Part shown: positions 57,880 to 64,000 of the stretch, piece by piece
Position numbering within the stretch: position 1 is the first letter of the stretch
How the letters are laid out: the number at the start of each line of letters is the position of its first letter
From: a bacterium
GTDB taxonomy: Bacteria; SZUA-182; DTGQ01; JAFGSM01
Direction of reading: 5' to 3'
Length of the DNA: 64,000 nucleotides
Assembly: GCA_049472315.1 (NCBI GenBank)
Contig: JBLIRN010000012.1
Span: 11,656-75,655, forward strand
Made by a program: the position numbers and the translations under genes
The notes under the pieces: model-generated
The model's input: the letters and a program-made list of their open reading frames with translations, nothing else
The model's database searches: none
What the model was told of the DNA's origin: nothing

Positions 57880-57895
57880 TGCAACGGTGGTGCCA
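57880..57895 (-). promoter_or_regulatory. Putative sigma54 promoter
   Basis: TGGCACCACCGTTGCA, near-consensus -24/-12. Confidence 0.75.
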
Positions 57896-58096
57896 GTGGA
57901 ATGAACTATTTTTAATGGCTTTAAATACAGACGATTAGATCATTTATTCCCATTGAAGGGGAAATCTTTGACAGGAATCCTTAGCAACTATTGCTAATAA
58001 AGATTACTAAAACCGATGGGTATTCCAAAAAGCGGCGAGGGGATAGTGTTCCTTGGTAGGTAATTCATACTCCGAATAATAAGAAATGATTAACCG

Positions 58097-59638
58097 CTAC
58101 TTCTTGGAGCAGACTGTGTTCTTGCCCTTGTCCTTCGCCTCATACATGGCCTCGTCCACCCGCCTGATGAATTCATCAGCCGTTTCATCGGGTTTCAGGG
58201 TCACCACGCCGAAACTTCCGGTTATGATGGGGCATTCCCTCCCCTGTTCACCCACGGGGAGTATTCTGTTGATCCTTTCCTTCAACAGATCCTTCAATCG
58301 TTGTGCAACCACCATTGCACCATCGAGTGGCGTTTCAGGCAATATGATCATGAATTCCTCTCCACCATAACGGACCGTGATATCATCGTCCTCGCCCTTC
58401 ATGATGGAGGGTTTGTCCACCCGGCGAATATTCTTTCTGATAAGCTGCGAGGCCATAACCAGGACCTCATCACCCTTAAGATGTCCGAACAGGTCATTCA
58501 CACTCTTGAAATTATCCAGGTCCATAAGGATAAGGGAAAGATCTCGTTCATACCTTCTGGCACGCAGGATCTCCTCATCCAGGCGTTCACGAAAATAGCG
58601 ATAGTTATAAAGCCCTGTAAGTCCATCGGTGACCGCAAGCCTTTTCATCTCATCCATAACCCTGGTGTTGTGCAGGGCGACACCGGTATGGGAGCACAGT
58701 ATATTCAGAAGCCGGATATCATCCTCTCCAAGGTCTGACTTCGTGGCACTTTCTGCGGAGAGGAGACCGAGAAGCTCCTCCTCAAAGAGAATGGGAAGGG
58801 CAATGGCGGATTTGATCCCCTCCAATCCCGAGGTTACGACGATATCCAGCGGCAACAGGCTATTTGCGTTGGTTGCGCCATCGGACCGGATATGTCGGTT
58901 CATGAATCCGTCGCGCAGACCTATTTCCTTTCCCAAAAGGGATTCGTCAGACAGTGAGTGGGTCCTTAATACCAATTTGTTGTCCGTCTTCAGGTAGATC
59001 CCGGCATAATCATATCCCAAGGTCGAACAGGTATAGTCAATAACCGTGCTCAGCAACTCATCCCGGTTAAAGATGGATGCCATTTTTGGTCCGATCTCGC
59101 GCAGGAGTCCCATTTCATTGATCCGTGTCCTGATATGCTCCAGGTGGCGAATGGCCGCTCCCAACTGGACGCTCAGAATGGCGAGCATCCCTTCATCCTC
59201 TTCAGAAAAGGTGCCCTTCTGTCTGCTCCCGATGGTCAGTACGCCAAGGAGGTGCTCACCGACAATGATGGGAGCAGCAATCTCCGACTGTATCCCCGTG
59301 AATCCTTCATGCGCGTAGTCATCACATGACGAGGCATCGGAAACCGATATGATCGTTTTGTCCGCTGCACATCTGCCGATGATTCCCTGCCCGAGTGGTA
59401 TCGTGAGGTTCTCGAATCCCTCCCGTTGCTGAGAATACGCCTTTAAGGACAACCCCTCTCCCTCCACCAGAAAAACAGCCAGATTGTCGTACCCCAATAT
59501 GCCCCTTGTCTCTTTGACTACCAGGGAAAGGAGCGTATCCAGGTCGGATGCGGAGACGATCCCCAGTGCGACACTGCGGAGCATGCTGAGCCGCTCCGTG
59601 TGGCGCATCTCGATATCGGATGAACGATACGTATTCAT
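58097..59638 (-). CDS. GAF-GAF-GGDEF diguanylate cyclase
   Basis: Two GAF domains; TDGLTGLYN, DLDNFKSVND, RYGGEEF. Confidence 0.93.
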   Translation of the reverse strand: MNTYRSSDIEMRHTERLSMLRSVALGIVSASDLDTLLSLVVKETRGILGYDNLAVFLVEGEGLSLKAYSQQREGFENLTIPLGQGIIGRCAADKTIISVSDASSCDDYAHEGFTGIQSEIAAPIIVGEHLLGVLTIGSRQKGTFSEEDEGMLAILSVQLGAAIRHLEHIRTRINEMGLLREIGPKMASIFNRDELLSTVIDYTCSTLGYDYAGIYLKTDNKLVLRTHSLSDESLLGKEIGLRDGFMNRHIRSDGATNANSLLPLDIVVTSGLEGIKSAIALPILFEEELLGLLSAESATKSDLGEDDIRLLNILCSHTGVALHNTRVMDEMKRLAVTDGLTGLYNYRYFRERLDEEILRARRYERDLSLILMDLDNFKSVNDLFGHLKGDEVLVMASQLIRKNIRRVDKPSIMKGEDDDITVRYGGEEFMIILPETPLDGAMVVAQRLKDLLKERINRILPVGEQGRECPIITGSFGVVTLKPDETADEFIRRVDEAMYEAKDKGKNTVCSKK

Positions 59639-60101
59639 ATTCCCTCTATCTCCTTTTTCGTTATATCCCATTACCTGACCATAAATCAGGATGCATTAAA
59701 ACATTTTTAATTCGATAACTCAAGCATACCCTGTGATTGCATTGTTTCAAAACACCATATCACCTGATGTGATTTCATTGTCTCTCTGCAGGCCGCACGG
59801 AGAGATCACTGATGGTGATGAGCACCGAGCGCCTGGCGAGAGCCTGCCATGCATGGCAGGACCGATGCCGACACCCCTTTACCGCTATCAGGTGCGCAGT
59901 TTTAGGAGGATGGCCGCAACTGTCAACGCACATGTCCGGATGCGAACGGCATCGCTCATCCGCCGCGGGCACTCAGGTCACACCTTTTGATTAACCATGG
60001 ACTTTTTGCAGGTAATTATTTATATTATAAATAAAAGGGCATTTGAATTATTATTTCTACTCCATTGTACATGGATTTCCCATGAAAGGAGGTTGAGTAT
60101 C

Positions 60102-60479
60102 ATGTATGGTGGCAGGATCGACAGCACTTCCGTCTTCCCGGTGTTTTTCATAATAATACCCATCCTTATCGTATGTATTGCTGCGTCTCCATCTTCCGCC
60201 CAATATCTGCAATTGGGAATAAATCAGTATATCTCTATGTATCCCAGTCCTCAATTCGGTTTTAGCGCTTCGTCCACCCTGTTCGGATTGAGCCCGTTTG
60301 GGTACGGATATTCATCAACTAATAACATCCCAATCGTTACTCCCTTCGCGCGCACCTTCATCAATCCGGAAAACTATTACATGCCTTACGGTTTTGGTAC
60401 AACCAGCGCCTACGGCGTCTTCTCCCGTCCCTTCCCCTTTGGCGGCTTCGGTTGGAGGTTCCCCTGGAGGCCATGGTAG
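60102..60479 (+). CDS. Small secreted Gly/aromatic-rich protein
   Basis: AAGGAGGT RBS; signal SSA|QY; F/Y/G/P-rich; followed by a terminator. Confidence 0.75.
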   Translation: MYGGRIDSTSVFPVFFIIIPILIVCIAASPSSAQYLQLGINQYISMYPSPQFGFSASSTLFGLSPFGYGYSSTNNIPIVTPFARTFINPENYYMPYGFGTTSAYGVFSRPFPFGGFGWRFPWRPW

Positions 60480-60520
60480 CCTTGACCAATGACATGACGG
60501 CTTGATCCGCATGACATTGT

Positions 60521-60549
60521 ACGGCACCCTCAAAAGGGTGCCGTTTTTT
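60521..60549 (+). terminator. Intrinsic terminator
   Basis: ACGGCACCCT-CAAA-AGGGTGCCGT then TTTTT. Confidence 0.85.
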
Positions 60550-61156
60550 GTATCAATATTGACACATAAATGTTTCATTAAAGGTTACCCTGCTGCAGGC
60601 AACAGGGAATATCAAGTTTATCAACTTTTGCTCTCAAAAATTGCCAACCCCCCTATGATCCTCACCATCAGTTATGGAGATATACTCTTTTAACTATTTG
60701 TATTAAATAAAATTATATCAATCATTCCGCAATGGTATGTCTTTTGCGTTACAAAAGGTCAAAGGCGCTGCTGTCACAAAGAGTTATCCCTCAAACTCAT
60801 CCTTTTTGTTCAGTCACAATATAAAAAGTATCGCAGAAAACTCACTGTATCACTTCATGTTAGGAGGTTATGCGATAGTACACGGGATGGACTTCCCAGA
60901 TAGCCATCCCATGCACTATCCATTGTGACCCGGAAGACAGGTAGCCACAAAATCGTTGGCCTTTCTATCGAATCCTTCCATTCAACAGGTGCCGGGTTAA
61001 CAGTAGCCTTCGACTCCATTCGGGAGTACCTAACATCCGTGGGAAGAGAAGGATGTACATGAGAGAAATGCCATGAGGAACGAAGCACTCACGTATCACT
61101 TATGAGATAGAATACGTTTTCATTCAGTTCCAACTCTTAGAATAGGGAGGTAAGCG

Positions 61157-62023
61157 ATGAAGAAACGGTATGTCCATCTCGACACTCTTAATACCATTGC
61201 CATACTGCTGTGCATCATGCTTTTCATGGCGATCCCGGTGGATTCACAATACTCCGGCTTCACCATTGCCCCCCCGAACTCGGCTATCGGGTATGGAGGG
61301 CTTTTTAATCCCTATGTATTTTGGCCAGGAGTGGGAATAAAAACAGCGCTCTCTACGTCCGGTCTCGTCCCTCTGCTTCCCTCAGGTTTCGGGAATCTCG
61401 GGCTCATTACCTCGTTCTCCAACCTCTTTGCATCCCCTTTAGGCCAGTTGGGTTTCAGCAGCTCCGGCCTGGGGTCACCATTGCAGACCCTCATCTCGGG
61501 GACAACGGGCATCCTCAATCCGACATTCGGATTTGGCACGTCATTCGGTGCCTTTTCCCAACCGGGCCTCGGCATCCTCAATCCCCTTTCCCTCGCCACA
61601 TTATCCCCGCTGTCCGTTGCATCATCCCTTCCCATCACCCCTGCAGCGGCCTTGAGGTCGGCGGCCCAATCAGGAACATGGACAGGCACATGGCAAAGCA
61701 CCTACATTGCCTTCCCCATCCTGTGGAACACCGGTCCCATGACCCTGAATTTCGTGGAGGACCCCCTGCTGGGCACAGTGGTCGGCACCGCCGTGCTTGC
61801 AGAGAGCAGGTATGCAAGCATCCCCTTCGAGGTGGCAGGGGTCATCGTGAACAACACCATCACCCTGGAGGGATTCCTGTATACCGGGTATGATTGCGCG
61901 TTGACCGGTTACTTCACCTCACCGACCACCATGAGCGGATTCTATACGGTACTTGGGACCCATATACCGATCCTGGATGAAGGGATATTCAACCTGACCC
62001 TGACACCGGCGGTCATCTTCTGA
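61157..62023 (+). CDS. Secreted protein with G/S/L/F/P-rich N-half and beta-rich C-terminal domain
   Basis: GGGAGGT RBS; signal VDS|QY; AAQSGTWTGTWQS begins an alternating-strand domain. Confidence 0.8.
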   Translation: MKKRYVHLDTLNTIAILLCIMLFMAIPVDSQYSGFTIAPPNSAIGYGGLFNPYVFWPGVGIKTALSTSGLVPLLPSGFGNLGLITSFSNLFASPLGQLGFSSSGLGSPLQTLISGTTGILNPTFGFGTSFGAFSQPGLGILNPLSLATLSPLSVASSLPITPAAALRSAAQSGTWTGTWQSTYIAFPILWNTGPMTLNFVEDPLLGTVVGTAVLAESRYASIPFEVAGVIVNNTITLEGFLYTGYDCALTGYFTSPTTMSGFYTVLGTHIPILDEGIFNLTLTPAVIF

Positions 62024-62200
62024 GCAGGGAACCGGCAGAGCAATACCTGAGCGAGGATCCTCAAGAAGGAACATCATTCAATCATTCAGTAGATTGCACG
62101 AACCATCTGTGCCTGATTGAGGCCTGTTCAATGGCTCGTCTGCGTGGGATTGGATAACGCATACGAAGGGGCTCTAATACAACACCAGAAGGGCGGTTGA

Positions 62201-63109
62201 TTAAGGTATGTTCTTGGAGCGGATACTCTTACAATTGTTATAGAGCCAACCCAGCATGTTATAGATAACCACCTTGTAATCGAGCACCTTAAGGGCCTGC
62301 TGGGCCAGATCGACGGCCTTGGCGGAAAGATGTTCATCATCGCCCATGGCAAGCGTCGAGATGTATGAACGCAAGAGGATGACAAAAATCCAGGGCCTTG
62401 GTACTTTTTTATGCATGATGGATTCGATTTTCTCTAAAAGCCCCTCCTGATAAGGGGGCGGCATCGAGGGAATGATCTCGAAATTGACAAAGGAAAACAC
62501 CTCATAGGCGGGTATTCGCTGGTCAAGTCCCTTGACATTCAAGATCTTCTGCGGACTGAACGCAATATTTATCCGGCTGTTCAGACGACATCGCTCGTAA
62601 AAATTCGTCCCCACCATAATTTGAGAGACCGTACCCTCGTGTGAGGCCAATTGTATGTGCTTGGTTTGGCTGATTATGTAGCCCTCGATGTTCGGATAAA
62701 TATGCCCCATGCGTACCCGCAATGTCCTCAGGTCCTTGATGACCTTACCACAATTTATGCCCACACCGATACTCGACAGATGGCCCTTTTCTTCCGCCAT
62801 CCTCTGATTGAACGGGGATACGAGCCAGGCAAGCTTGATTTTTATTGCCATGAGCAGGGCATTACGAATATCGAATTGCACCTGGCCGGAATAAAAAAAT
62901 ACCCGAATCTCATCCCCCAATATGGTCAGCTCATGGTCGACTCCGATCCCCTCATAGCCAAAGAATTCAAGATGATGAGAAATCACCTCATACACGGTAT
63001 TCTGAAAATCCCTCAGCATCTCCTCATATTGAAGGATTGTCAGGCTCTCACCCATCTTCGGAGGACTTATAAGATTTGCGAATAAAACGGTGGCGACTAT
63101 TTCTTCCAT
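62201..63109 (-). CDS. Degenerate class III nucleotide cyclase-like protein, possibly C-terminally truncated
   Basis: ATVLFANL (D to N), ILGDE, IGVGINCGKV; ends at the start of a TPR-like helix. Confidence 0.65.
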   Translation of the reverse strand: MEEIVATVLFANLISPPKMGESLTILQYEEMLRDFQNTVYEVISHHLEFFGYEGIGVDHELTILGDEIRVFFYSGQVQFDIRNALLMAIKIKLAWLVSPFNQRMAEEKGHLSSIGVGINCGKVIKDLRTLRVRMGHIYPNIEGYIISQTKHIQLASHEGTVSQIMVGTNFYERCRLNSRINIAFSPQKILNVKGLDQRIPAYEVFSFVNFEIIPSMPPPYQEGLLEKIESIMHKKVPRPWIFVILLRSYISTLAMGDDEHLSAKAVDLAQQALKVLDYKVVIYNMLGWLYNNCKSIRSKNIP

Positions 63110-63112
63110 AAC

Positions 63113-63607
63113 CTATAATTCCAAATCAATCGTCCGTTCCCTGATGAACTCCTTCATTTTTCTTATTTCATCGGAGAAGATCCTGATCCCTTCCGCCATC
63201 CTTTTTATGGTATTTTCACCATTCTCGACCGCCCTTTTCATTTCCTGATTGGAGGAATCGACCTTGGACATGGTTACGTCGAATAAACTTTGAAGCGGCT
63301 CGATCTTTTTATCAAGCTCCGCTCCGATCACACCATAGCGCTCCATGATAAGGTCATTCCTTTTCGATAGCTCATTGAGGTCATTGGACAGCTTATGAAG
63401 CCTCGCATAAACCATCTCCTTAAGCGAGATTATTCGCGCCTCCAGACTCTCATACCGTTCGGATTTATATTCCTCCAATTGCTGAATCTTTTCCTCCACA
63501 TTCCTTAATTCCCTCTTCACCTTTTTCAGGACAGCCATCCATGCAATGAATGCCAGGAGAAAAATCGCCCCCAATGAAATGATGTAATATATCTCGTATG
63601 GCAACAT
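63113..63607 (-). CDS. Membrane-anchored coiled-coil hypothetical protein
   Basis: N-terminal TM helix then heptad-rich sequence; AAGGGGG RBS. Confidence 0.75.
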   Translation of the reverse strand: MLPYEIYYIISLGAIFLLAFIAWMAVLKKVKRELRNVEEKIQQLEEYKSERYESLEARIISLKEMVYARLHKLSNDLNELSKRNDLIMERYGVIGAELDKKIEPLQSLFDVTMSKVDSSNQEMKRAVENGENTIKRMAEGIRIFSDEIRKMKEFIRERTIDLEL

Positions 63608-64000
63608 ACATGCCCCCCTTTCGTGCGGCCTCTATTTTCATGTGCACGTCTTCCCTCGTGTGCTTTGTGCAATGACCGGGAAGATCCCACATGTTCCCTT
63701 GCTACTGTTTCAAAAGTGGGACAACCTGTAACGACAAATGGGGGGGATGATGTAACGTGAATCGGTCTTCGGAGTGCCTTTCTATTAATGTGGCATAATT
63801 TCGAGTGATTTGTCAAGTGATTCAGGCGCAAAATATATTGTATATATTGATTATAATGATTATCGAATAAACGATAGACGGCGTTTTTTCCCACTCCTTA
63901 TGCCACCCGATTCTTCGGCCCTCGGTCAGGGATGGGTCGATGAGGTTTTCGGTATTTTTCAACAAAAAACAACAAGAACCCGATATTGTGATAAAAAGGG

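Noticed and set aside
52347..64000. tRNA-anchored genomic island or prophage
   Set aside because: The accessory genes lie 5' of the tRNAs; no integrase, att duplication or phage genes are seen

Overview
Bacterial chromosomal window of moderately high GC. Gene content resembles a deltaproteobacteria-like or candidate-phylum anaerobe, but the taxon cannot be fixed from the sequence. The central ~14-53 kb is mostly housekeeping: a GH57/GT4 alpha-glucan cluster, scpB-rluB, two Lon proteases, rluD, mog, holB-PSP1, pdxA-rsmA, recD2, truA-der, tig-clpP-clpX-lon and three tRNAs. The most unusual part is 0.35-13.2 kb (minus strand): nine paralogous ~190-aa secreted, Pro/aromatic-rich, nearly uncharged proteins that I cannot assign to a family. 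They fall into three subtypes arranged as three triplets, each holding one of every subtype. Downstream lies a translationally coupled operon of a Tyr-rich secreted protein and two exported sulfatase-fold/TPR enzymes with Thr at the nucleophile position. Other points: a solo decayed integron cassette (HEPN gene flanked by a GTTRRRY core and a 59-bp attC); a dispersed 36-bp repeat family in four co-oriented clusters; several secreted proteins with Tyr/Gly-rich low-complexity segments and Gln mature N-termini; a 24/25-bp tandem repeat; and c-di-GMP/sigma54 signalling genes. All calls come from motif recognition by eye; no searches were run.
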